DNA from: Blasia pusilla | Taxonomy: Eukaryota | Assembly (NCBI GenBank): GCA_050084515.1 | Contig: CM114271.1 | Location: 39,060,001 to 39,124,000, forward strand | DNA length: 64,000 nucleotides | Direction: 5' to 3' | Shown: piece by piece, positions 11,766 through 23,542 of the stretch | Layout: the number at the start of each line of letters is the position of its first letter | Position numbering within the stretch: position 1 is the stretch's first letter | Translations under genes and position numbers: made by a program | Notes under the pieces: generated by a model | The model's input: the letters and a program-made list of their open reading frames with translations, nothing else | What the model was told of the DNA's origin: nothing | Databases searched by the model: none

Positions 11766-12021
11766 ACTTTGGGTTCTTTGTACGCCATCTTCTCATCGCA
11801 AGAGCTGGATCCGCGACGTTGCAGGATGTCGGTGTCACTTCGCGTCAGGTCGCTCAGGATCCATGGGCGAGGCGATCTGCCGACTGATAATCCGACTTTG
11901 GGTTTCCTTGTACGCCATCTTCTCATCGCTAGGGCTGGATCCGCGACGTCGCAAGATGTCGGTGTCACTTCTCGTCAGGTCGCTCAGAATCCACGGGCGA
12001 GGCGATCTGCCCACTGATAAT
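11766..12021. repeat. Direct tandem duplication, ~127 bp x2
   Basis: actttgggtt...gatctgcc.actgataat at 11766-11891 and 11895-12021. Confidence 0.9.
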
Positions 12022-14942
12022 GGGGGAAGAGAAAGAGAGTCACGATCGGGAAAGCGATCTGCACAATATACGGCGTACGCCGTGCGACTCCATTCGAGCC
12101 CGCGACCCTATCTCACGCGACTTTCCTCATAGATGTCGGCCGTCGTTCTGTCAACACGTTGTAGCAGCAGCCGTCGATGTCACCTGGATCTGCCAACACA
12201 TGTTTCTCATGGCTGACTGCTACGATAGTCTCTTACTATAATTAGGAGACTAACTCGGGATGTTTTGAACTGGATTCCCCGAATCCCGAACCGTCTGCCC
12301 ATCGCGACACCACGATTCCCTGAGTTTTTGTTGTACCACGCGTCCTTTCTCAATTCGGAATCCAAACACTGTAAAAAATGCGTCAACACTCATCCTCGCT
12401 TACCATTCGAGATCGTAGGATGCAGTTCCTCACGGGGCCAGTAAGGCTTCCCACGTGTCCCATAAAATAAATAAAATAAGATTATCATGATGGCTCACTA
12501 AACATTTAATACGCCACGTGGATACTACCTCAACGGTGAATTAGAACCCATGCCCACATGACAAATGTCCGTCGATGAGATTACGGACGGGCCTTGTGTA
12601 AGTGGTCACTGAGATATCGATCAGGGAGAGGTCGGGACTAGCAAGTGAGGCTACGGCAGGACCACAACCACGGAAATATTGAACCTCTTACTTATTTAAA
12701 CTTAGTTAGTATTGAAAAAGTTTATCTATACTATAGGGGGGGTTACTTCTTATTTGGGAAGTAACCCCTCCTCACACTATAATGTGTGGAGGAGTGGAGT
12801 GAAACAAGTCTCGTTTCCTTCATAGGTTCTGTTTTGAATCTTTGGCTCTTGCAGTCGATTGCATTAATGGTAGAGCAAGTTCCTGAAGATTTATGAGTGA
12901 CGCCTAAAATGAGGGAATGTGCGGAAAGGGTCAAAAGGTTTGTTGTTCTCTTGGGCTTTTCCATAGGGACGTGCTTGGCTTCGGATTCTCAAGGCTCGGA
13001 AAATCCCACAATTTGTGACCCTGACGATGGATTCTTACTGGGATTTATAATTGCAATCATTTCACAAGATTTGGTTGACGTTTCATTTTTGAAACGTCCT
13101 CTTACCGACAAAATTCTGGACTTTGGAGTAACAAAATCAAATTTACGACTAGACTTATGTGATCGGTCGTAACATGAGAGGCAATAGCGTACATCCAATG
13201 AAAGAATACCGCATGTGGGAATGCTATTGTCCGGATTCTCTTCTGATGTGGTTCTTGTCACAAGAAAAAACAAACCATGTGCGGGGCCCTAGAGATCGAC
13301 CGATCCATCACAGGTTTTGTTGATGTGCCTTCCGCGTACGTTTGGGCGAGAGGGTGCCTGTGCTATTGTGGCGCGGTTCTTCTTTCCGCATTTTTGACTT
13401 ACAGCAGAACCTAATTTCAGCCGTCGTAGTAATTTCTTTTTGCATATTCTTCAACGTTTCCAGGTCTCTCATTCAGCTTAGCTAAGCTTTCTTTCCTCGA
13501 CGTCAATCGGGGGAAGAAGCCAAAATTCCGTGAGTGGATGGGTGGGTGACCGTGGGTCATTACACTGGTCACATCGTCATTTTGGAGCACTCGAACTCTT
13601 GGTAGGTTGTGCCTTCCTGATGAGCGTTCTAGAACAGCGATCCGTGCATCGTATTGCAATCCAAGTAGAAAATTTTCCCGGTTGGAGTTAGTCTAGAGAT
13701 GTGAAGGTCATTTATCTTCAATCAGGATCATTTTGTGAGAAATATTTCTCTGCACTTCCCCTAATTACGCAGATTTGCTCTACTCCATGTTGAGCAAAGG
13801 TCAATGATCTTGCTGTGCATCTCCTCTGCTGAGGAATGAAATCTGAGCATATGCAAGCTTCCCCGTTGTCAAAATCCAAAGGGTGGAGATTAGGGCGATC
13901 TTCCATTTTGATGACTTGCCTTAATTTTGGCTCTCGAGGATTCTGTAAACTCTTAGCTGTGGAATTTGAGTCCTATGAGGAGTGTCATGCGCATACACAT
14001 CGCTATACAACATACATCGCTATCACTGAACACACACACAAACACGCACGATCCCATGCTAACTCATGGCATCCAAACAACGAGACAAGAAGTACCAAAA
14101 TATCTCAAATTAAAGTAAGATCCAATCTCTCTCTACACAATCTCACACCATAGCTCTCAAAGGTGTGCACTCTCTCTCATGTCAAACCAAACCCACTCTC
14201 CTAATGAGAGGCTTGGGTTACACTCACAAGGCAAGGGACCATAGCTCCGCCGCCTCATGCCAAGAGGTTCAATAAAGAGAGAATGAGCTCTCAAGCTCTC
14301 TCTCCTTGGGATATATACCCCTCCCCTCTCCCAAGCTCTCTCCATGGTAACCTATTCTCCCAAGTCACCTCTTTGGCTCTTGATCTGATGTAGGAGGTCA
14401 AGGGCCACTTACCAAAAATAGAAAGTTGATCTTATACTCAAAATGGCACTTACTTAAAATAGTAAGTTCTTCAAAATGGCTCCAAATGAGCCAAAACGAA
14501 GGGAAAACCCGCTCTCTCAGGTTTCGCGGGGCCTCAGCAGGTCATCCTCGACCTCCTAGGCCTGTCCTCCACTACTCTTGAAGACGCTCTACTAGATCTC
14601 ACCGATCTATCCTAAAGGACGTGACAACTATTGTGCGCATATACATCGCTACACAACATACATCGCTATCACTGAACACATATACAAACACGCACGATCC
14701 CATGCTAACTCATGGCATCCAAATAACGAGACAAGAAGTACCAAAATATATCCAATCGCCCCCTAGCTGGTGGTTAGGTCCCTCTAACTCCAAATAGCCA
14801 TCTATCCCTACCTACCATGACATACATCTCTCGGACGCTAAGAGCAAGAAGGTCGGGTGCTCATGTGGCCACATCGTTAGTCGCCTTCCTGTCATCCATG
14901 TCAGAGAAAAAATTCGGGATCGAAACCTACCTAGTATCTCCT

Positions 14943-15764
14943 CTATGTACATCTGGGACACATCCATCGTCCCCGAGGAACCCTAGTGAGAGGTGGCGTC
15001 AGACATGCCATATGCCAACCTCTCGAACAACCATCACAGACTAGCATCGTGACCGCACCACAGGCATAACCACACAACAAACAACGCAAGCCTGCAAGAA
15101 CTACTGCTAAGCTCGGATCCAGTGTACTATCAATGTTAGGAAGGTGACATGGTGCACAATTACGCACATGGTCCTTCCATACCATACCATCGCGTCCCTC
15201 CAGCAAGAGAACATCGGATGGCAAAACGTCACGCACTCTCAGGATAGTGCGCCCTGCAGTCACATCCAACATCGTCGGTGCCGTCTGCTGCAAATAGACA
15301 TAATCTCCCTGATGAAACCTCTGGATAGTTGGTCGATAACCACCACCCCGAATAGTCGCATACCTCAACGTATCCCGATGTTGCGCAATCGCCAAGTTCT
15401 CGAACGCCATGGGCATCACTCTCTGAAATAACTCAGCCCTCTGAGAACATGATCGCACCCATATATCTGGGTCATCAAGGTCCAACACCTCATCAGCATC
15501 TCGACGAATGGCCGCAGGTAAATCTGGCTCTCGGCCATAAAGTAGCAAGTACGGTGAAAAAGACGGTAAGGATGCCTGCCTGCTGAATCTGTTTCCCATC
15601 GCCAACCATGGCAACAAGAGGTCCCAATCTCCTAGGTGACCTCTCTGCAAGCCATACTTGCGTAAACCCCTCTTCACCGTTTGCACAACTCTCTCCGCTA
15701 ATCCATCCGCCTCGGGATGATCTCGCGAAGTCGTGCGGTGGTCGATCAACGCCTGATCACTCAA
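14943..15764 (-). pseudogene. pol: Integrase C-terminal part with C4HC3 PHD finger
   Basis: HPEADGLAERVVQTVK and SPYLLLYGRE, then CLLCG...CDGCSRGWHMACLTPPLTRVPRGRWMCPRC. Confidence 0.93.
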
Positions 15765-15794
15765 GGCTTGGAACTCAACATGAAACTCGGTACC

Positions 15795-18013
15795 CTAATC
15801 TGTCAACACCTTAGCCGGTGCGCCATAATGACTTAGCACTCTGTCAAGGAAGGCATAAGCTACTCCCTCACTCGCTTTGTCAGGAAATGCAACCAACTCG
15901 ATCCACTTCAAGAATTGCTCGACCATCACCAACACATAACGACTGTGACGCTCCGTCAAAGGCAAAGGTCCTGCAAAATCCAAACTCCATCTATACCCTA
16001 AGCCCATGATCGGTAATGGATGCAACTGTGGAGTCGGAGCATTGAACGATGCTCGGACCCGATCACACACCATGCACCTGGCAACAAACTGTTGAACGTC
16101 AATCTGCATGCCTTGCCACCAATACTGAATCTGGAGCAAGCTATACGTCCGCTTCACCCCAAAGTGACCGAACTCCTCGTGGGCATACTGCACTAGTCGT
16201 GCTCTCTGCGAAGGATGCGGCACTACGCGTACTCTGCCAGCCTCCCAAACCCTCAAAACATGTGTCCCCTCCCAACGGAACCGTCTGGCCCACTGTAGGA
16301 TCCAATCCCGTTCTCTAGCATCCACGGTGCTCGCAACGCTGCCCGTACGAAGGTACTCCAAGACTACTCCATCATCATGAATATCTCTACCACTTGTTGT
16401 CTCCTCACTGGCCTCGGGATCCAAGGACTCTCCACTAGACCTCGCCATCAAAGTCTCCACACTCTGGCTCGCCATAACCAACATGCCTAAATAGGCTGAC
16501 GCGTGCCATCCTGGCACCGACTCCTCATCACTCTCTCCATGCCATCGAGCTCCAGTCGCATCTCGCTGACTCGAGCATGGGTTACTACTCAACCCATCTG
16601 CATCTTGGTTGAGCGTCCCAGGTCTATATACCACCTGAAAATCATACTCCTGCAACAACAGAGCCCATCTTGCAAGCTTCCCTGTAAGCTTGTCGGACTC
16701 CATCAACCACTTCAGTGGTTGATGATTAGTGATGATGGTAAAGGGATTTCCGAATAAGTAACACCTGAAATGCGCGATAGCCCACATCGCAGCCAAGCAC
16801 TCACCCTCATACGAGCTGTACTTCGCCTCTGCAGCGTTGTTCGAGCGTCTAGCGTAAGCCACCATGAACTCTCTATCCTCTCATCATGCTGGGTGAGCAC
16901 CGCTCCAAGCCCCAACATGCTCCAATCTGTGTGCAACTGGAAAGGACGCCCCCTGATCGGTCTCCTCAAGATGGGCGCAGACGTCAACCTGTCCTTGAGC
17001 AACTGAAATGCTCGCTCCTGCTCATCCCCCCAGTGCCACTCGTGATCCACCTTGGTCAGCAAGGTCAGTGGCTTTACAATCGAAGTGAATCCCTTGACGT
17101 ATCGCCGATAGAAGTTCGCCAATCCCATGAATGCGCGAACACGGCTCACATCTGTAGGGCGTGGAATGCGTGAGATAGCCTCTACCTTTGTTTGATGAAC
17201 ACCAAGGCCCCTTGGGTATATCGTATAACCCAAGTACTCAATCTGGTCGTAGAAGAACTTGCACTTGCCTGGATGTAGCTTCAGCCCATGTAATTGCAAT
17301 CGTCGAAACACCTCCTCTAGATGTTGCTCATGCTCCTCAACCGTGGCGCTAAAGACTACGATGTCATCAATATAACACCTAGCAAAATCCAGACTAGCCA
17401 AGATCCTATCCATGACCCTCTGAAACTCATCCGGGGCGTTCTTTAACCCAAATGGTAAGAACCGCCACTGGTACAGACAATCCTTCCTGTGAGGATCGAT
17501 GCCCCAAAATGCCGACTTCTGCCTGTCCTCCAATCTGATAGGCAGCTGATGGTATCCGGCTCATAAATCAATGAATCAAGACCTTTGCGTGATCAATCGC
17601 ATCAAAGATCTCTCAGGGGTGGGCATGGCATACCTGTTGGACTTCGTCTGCCGATTGATAGGTCGGTAATCCCCACACATCCGCCTATCCGTCCAGTTGC
17701 CATGCACATCCTTCTTGGCGGGCATGATAGTGGCAGATGCATATTCCCCATGCGACATCTCCACTAGTCCTGCTCTGACCAAGTCTTGGCTACTACTCTG
17801 AATCAAAGCCCTCTCCATATCACTGTACCTGTAGGGTCGTCGAAAGATCGGCGTATCACTCGACAATTCAATGCGGATCCCTGGTCCCTTCAGCGTACCC
17901 AAATCCTCCATGCTAAACGCAAAGCAGCTCCTATAATTACTAAGGAACTGATGTATTCGGCGCCGCTCTCCTCCTGTCAACTTAGGGCCCATATCTGGCT
18001 CCCAAGTCTCCAT
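15795..18013 (-). pseudogene. pol: RT, RNase H and integrase N-terminal/core region of copy 2
   Basis: RMCGDYRPIN, LPFGLKNAP, CYIDDIVV, FQLHTDWS, YEGECLA, HEEFGHFG...CMVC, WSLDFAGP. Confidence 0.95.
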
Positions 18014-18329
18014 CGTGACTACGGTAGGACTCTCCGGCGTGGGTATCGGTGGTTGCTATGGTGCAACCCCGTCTCGAACAACAACACTCGGCCGCTCTCC
18101 TGCAACCAACTGCAAACTCTAATCTCCTCCACGTGCAGTGCCCGAAACCACGCTCAATATTGTGGCTATCATCTCCTTGCGTACCTGCAAAACATCCCAA
18201 GAAGTCCACGGGTGTCTCTCCCGATCTCCTCTGGTCTCGCCGCCAGCCACTGCCTCCACCGTCTTGGTAGGCATAGGGCTCACCAACGCAACCATTGTGA
18301 TCTGTCGCGATCTCATACGACGTTGCTTA

Positions 18330-18969
18330 GCCACTCCCAAGCTGAGGATCCATGTCAAGCAGTTCAGGTCCATCGCCTGACCCAAGACATGGCGTCGTGA
18401 TGCCTCTAACACTGACGGTACTGCCGTCACTCCTGTGGGAAATCCCATCGCTCGCTCTCTCTCATCGGCGTTGGGCTCCACCAACCGCTGAACCTGGTCA
18501 TCCCAAACCAAGCCAGGACCGGCCTCCTTGTATGCATAGGAAGCAGGAAAACTCACAAACGTGGGCAAGGCTGCCCTCGGCCTACCTATCATGTTGACCA
18601 CAATCAACGGTGGTCGATCATCGTGCCTCACTGCCTGTGATCGGCGACCTGGATCCATAATGGAATCCACTAACAAATGGGAGGGGTGCTCCACTCTCGC
18701 ATACGCCCTCCGTAACACCGCATGGGGCACCAAGTTGGTCCACCATAGACGCGGGCGATGGGCTCTAGAACCTACACTCGCCGCATCTAAGAACATTGCT
18801 TGGCCGATCCAGGTACGCACCTGATGAGCACTCGTCACCACCCGTGACCTAGAGTCTCCTAAGATCGGCATATTCTCCAAAATGTAGGCTGGAGAACGAG
18901 ACTGGTGCTCCTGCAACTGCCGTAAGACCCTCAACATCTCCCAAAACAACCTGAACCGAGTGTCAGCCA
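18330..18969 (-). pseudogene. C-terminal half of the DNMT3-like methyltransferase (motifs VI, VIII, IX, X)
   Basis: LFWEMLRVL, YILENM, DAASVGSRAHRPRLWWTNL, ERERAMGFPTGVT, RRHVLGQAMD, all in ORF 18119-19021. Confidence 0.92.
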
Positions 18970-19544
18970 TACGTGATACTGAGTAGGTTGAGAGTATAAG
19001 ATGTTTCTTGCACTCGTACAACCATGCATTCTCTTAGATTCTTACGCCTTTTGACAGTCTTCCCATGATCACAATTGGCTACTTGTAACCGTTTTACAAT
19101 CATCCATGATATTGTGAAACCATTCGAGGAGAAAATTCAGCTCCACTTTAGTGGATGCTACCAGAGGGATTGTATGTCTAACAATTTGGAATATATGTGG
19201 TACTATCAGCGAAGATGGTCCTACAGGTGAGGACCTTGAGTATTTTCGCGCTTGGGAGGAGCGTTGCAAACTTGTGAGGGAAAGAACATTAGAACTCGCC
19301 AAAGAGTTCTGGTCAGTGGTATAGTTTATAGATTGATGAACTTATGCAGTATAATCAATTCAACTTCTTCATTTACTAATTTTGAATGGTATGTATCTAC
19401 TCTGTTAATAACCCTTGTATATTCTCACTTGGTTTGTTGTATAATATATTGCACAATGGAATATTAGATGCACCGTCCAATCATAACTTGATGGGCTTAT
19501 CGTGGTGCTTCAAACGGTTCTCATAGTTTCCTCATTTAAAATAG

Positions 19545-22500
19545 ATGGTTGTTTTCTATAGTGGAATTAATTGGTACTTCCAATTGAAGAGAGATGTAGG
19601 CAAAATTGCAATTCTAACCTTGGTACTAACAAGCATGTTTCATATTGTTTACACGGAAGAAATCCCAAGTCTAGGTCCCAAAAGGCAGATTCCAAGACGT
19701 TTGAGTAGCGAGGGAGCAGGATCTTCAATCCCTTCAAAGAAACACCACACTCGACAACGTTGTCTAGAGGAGATTGTGGATGAATCAACTGATAGATCGA
19801 GAGATTATTCAGATGAGCTACATGAATCAGATGGTGAGTTTGATGTGACAATGGAGAAGGAATCCTCTGAGTCTCCATTAGAGAACCCACCCACTATGGA
19901 TAAATCACCAACCATAGTGCCATCACCACATTATTCCAAGAAGCGAGCTAAATTGAATAGACAAAAAGTGATGCTCCGATCTTGTATTAATCTTCATTAA
20001 GTGAAAGTGTTTGATAGTATGCTATTGAGATTTATGTTTTGTAGAGTGATAGAATGCTTTATGCAACATCACTTATTTCATTTTGTGATACCTAACACCT
20101 TATGATATGAGCAGGAGGTGCCACCTGCGGTTGGTGATGTTTCCTACCGCTTGCCACAAGCCAACCAATGGCCCTTACCTCCTTTTACAGGGTTTCCACA
20201 ATGGCCTGTCTTGCCAGGTAGGTAACCAATTGCATTTTGTCTTTGAATGGTAATGATGTTTAGTGTATTTTAGATATGAAAAACTTATAACAATCTATAT
20301 GGTTCCATGTAATAGAAGTTGAATTACATTTTTTCTAATTTTGTAATGTATTTGATTGGCAAGAGGCCTTGGATCCTACTATCCATCTAATCCATACTAT
20401 GGGATGATGCCCACTCATGGCATCTCTAATCCATCACAAGGGCCCCCCACAGCAGGAAAGAGTGAAAAGTCTCTTGGACGTTATCCTAGAGGTCCTACAC
20501 CTCCCACTGGTAAGTCTCTTTTACCACAGATGCTACAACTTGAACTAGAAAACATGCAATTCTACATTTTGTTATAATTGGTATGTCCATAAGTCGATTG
20601 GGGTCCATAAAATTTTTCTCTCATAATTGGTGACGATCTTACAGCAAGCTCTAAAGCTCGACACCATCGGCGGGAAAGCCCTTAAGGAATGGAAGACAAG
20701 TACAAAGTCTCTTATCGAGAGGGGCTTAAAACCAAGAGTTGATGTTACGTCATCAGGTGAAATTGTATCTGGATGTGTTGGAAAAACAATATGGCATGAT
20801 GAATTGAAGGTTTGTGTCCTTCGCTGTTTGGACCTTAGTACACCTCATGTGGCTAAGCAATCTGAGTTTGACATCCGCACTGTAAGAATGGAGATGGATG
20901 AAGGATGGGAGTATGTTGGGAATGAGCTTAGTGAACGATTTTTTAAATCAACCTTGGCAAATATCATGAAGAGAGATAGAGCACGCTTGAAGAAACTTTT
21001 ATATTCTTCAAGGCTTAGTAAGGAATGCCCAACACCTCCAGATGTGCTTCCGGAAACTTGGGAAGCCCTCAAAATTTATTGGCTCTCACCAGAGGGAAAG
21101 GAAAAAGCAGAAAGGATGAAGATGAATAGAGGAAAGGTTGAGCACCCAAATAGAATGGGTCGAACCGGTCACAAAGGAGTCAAACTCTCCCTGGTATGTA
21201 ATTAGTTATGTTACTATGGATTTTATTCTAAATATTCAATGAAGTTTGATGCATATGCAATGTAAATGGTGAACTCCTCTCTAACATTATCTCTTCTTTA
21301 GTAGATGGATCCTTCAAGTATAGTGTTAGAGCGACATCATGCTGGTCATGAGATTGATTCATGTATATGTAGTGATTGGTTATAAACTTTTAGAAAAAAG
21401 AAAGAGATGAAAGCCCCTCATTACATGACTTGGGAGAATCACTAGGGACAGGTGAGGTTGGACCCAGTCTGGCGACTGCCGGCACCAAGGTAAATTATTT
21501 TCAGAGATCCAATATGTGTTCTAAGTTTTAATTGATTTGTCAAACTCTCCATTTGATCTCTTAACTTCATCTACACGAGTGTATCTTGTTTTAACTCCAT
21601 CACAAAGCCACTAAGCTTTCTTTGATGAAACATTTGTTGTTGCATAGGGGTCTGATTCTACTTTGACACATCGCTTCGACAATGTGGAGAAGGAGGCAGA
21701 GTCTACAAAGAGTGAGCTCAAAGCTATAAGGGAGACCTTGAATCTGATTCAAGAAATGGTTTTCAAGTTCACAAGCGAAGCATCCAAACATAATCCAACT
21801 TCCTCTACTCCTCCCTTGAATGTACATGTTACGGAGGGCCCAACAACAGAAGTTATGGATGTAGAGGTCATCATGCAAATTTGTTTCCAACACCTCAAAC
21901 ACTTCCATCCAAATCTGCTTATGTGACTTCCAATGTAGAACATCATATTGCTACTGGGGAGATATTTCTATCCTTGCAACATGAAGTGAAGGCACATGAG
22001 CCGATCTCGGGGTGAGATGCACAAGTTCAATTGATAGAGCATGATATAAAACGAGACATCCAACCAAAGCAAGTCCTTCTAAAGAAGATAAAGGAATCTT
22101 GTATGGAGAAGAAAGAGAAGATAGTTGTAAGTAGGCCTTTCTTGGAATGTTGTTCCTTTTTTGTCTTCTTGCTCCAATTGTTTTCCATGTTGATATCACG
22201 TTCACTTTAGAGATAGCTCATGTCTTGACCATGTGCATGTATTAATTGTAGACAAGACAAGCAGATATGATATTTTCTTCCACCATTCCTAAAAATGGTT
22301 GGAGCATTTTAAAGGTAATCTATATGGTTTATATGGTGATGTACTTAATTTCCTGAATGTCTATTAACCATCACTATGCCTATTTATCCAAAGTATATAT
22401 TGAGCTTTACTATCGTGTTTGTTGTTGTACTTTCATCAGCTTGTAGTAGGTGACTACGTCTTGATGAAGCAAAAAAAGAACACTCGCCAACTAGTGGGAG

Positions 22501-22721
22501 AAGGATTGGTATCGGGTCTTGCAAGTCAAGATAAGATCCATGGGAAGGAGATCCCATTTGGATGTGTGAGACTTGATGTGAAGGTTATTCTCAACGGTGA
22601 AGCAGAGTTACTGTATCCAAATCATGATGATGACCCTTCGCAATTGCTATTGAAGGAATCAGTTGGGTGTCAGATTTTATGGCCAGAGAGATTGCTTAAG
22701 AAAGACTCTCCATTAGAGTAG
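19545..22721 (+). pseudogene. CACTA (En/Spm) accessory TnpA/Ptta-like gene, intron-containing and degenerate
   Basis: 20627-21205 PPDVLPETWEALKIYWLSPEGKEKAERMKMNRGK...GRTGH resembles the plant transposase Ptta/En/Spm domain. 22419-22721 VGEGLV...IHGKEIPFGCVRLDV...ILWP resembles the Tnp1/En/Spm C-terminal domain. Confidence 0.75.
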
Positions 22722-23542
22722 GTTGTGATAGACTCTTAAGAGAATTAGAAACATCTATTTTTTGATGTCAATATAGATGTTTGTTGGAGACACAGAGTTT
22801 GTAGATTTGTTTACAGCAAAATAGAAATGTAATGCCACTATCAAGTGGAAACTTACATTCTTTTGTTGAATGAGGAGATCCTAAATTTGTTGGGCAATTG
22901 GCTATATTTTCAGACTCAAAGTTTAAGCCTTGCCAATTGGATGCATTCTTAAAGTATGTCCTCATTTGAGTTTTAGTAATAACATGCAAACGGATTAGCA
23001 TCTTATGTTTGGTAATCATCTTGGTGTGGATTCTTGGACATTTTATCTATTCAGTTCTTAGTAATACAATGAAGTCCAGTTCTCAGTAATACAAGTCCAC
23101 AAAAGTGGATTTCGCCACCTCGATGGGTAATGTACATGACACGTGTATGAAAATGATGGGATAAACCCAATCTTCAGAGACTAGATTTAGTGCACATTCT
23201 CAAATTTGATAATAAAAAGAATGCAATTGGTCCACATATCAACATCATACGAGCTTTTAATATATTCAATGACTAGATATAGTGAAATATAGGATGACGT
23301 GGACATGAGCCATGTCATACTCGTGATAATTCTATGTCACATAGTAAGGGTGATAAGGCAACTTAACATGTCCTAAAAGACTACACAAAACCATTCTAGT
23401 CAATTGCCATGTCATCAAGCCACCACGAAGTCCTTGCGACTAGATTTCTATATGACTCGTCCTTTGCAACTAGGTACTAAACTAGTTGCAACAGTTGTAT
23501 ACCGTACACATGCACTAAAAATAGTTGTATATTTTAGTGGCA

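Larger units (their letters stand above)
13983..18969 (-). mobile_element. Gypsy-type DNMT3/PHD retroelement, copy 2 (3' half only): B2 13983-14110, A2 14111-14626, B1 14629-14756
   Basis: Reverse complement of copy 1 with longer open frames. Homology stops abruptly at ~18969, inside the methyltransferase between motifs IV and VI. Confidence 0.95.

Noticed and set aside
12743-13980. Host gene on the minus strand disrupted by copy 2
   Set aside because: Only short Ser/Lys-rich ORFs, with no recognisable domain or consistent splice model.
18119-19021. Host DNMT3/DRM gene or bacterial restriction-modification methylase
   Set aside because: Intronless, embedded in pol at the same position in four copies, and no partner nuclease. 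The first ~17 codons of this ORF are unrelated sequence across the breakpoint.
18970-19320. Ulp1-like protease remnant (HNWLLV...CG)
   Set aside because: Plausible beside CACTA genes, but too short and degenerate to support.
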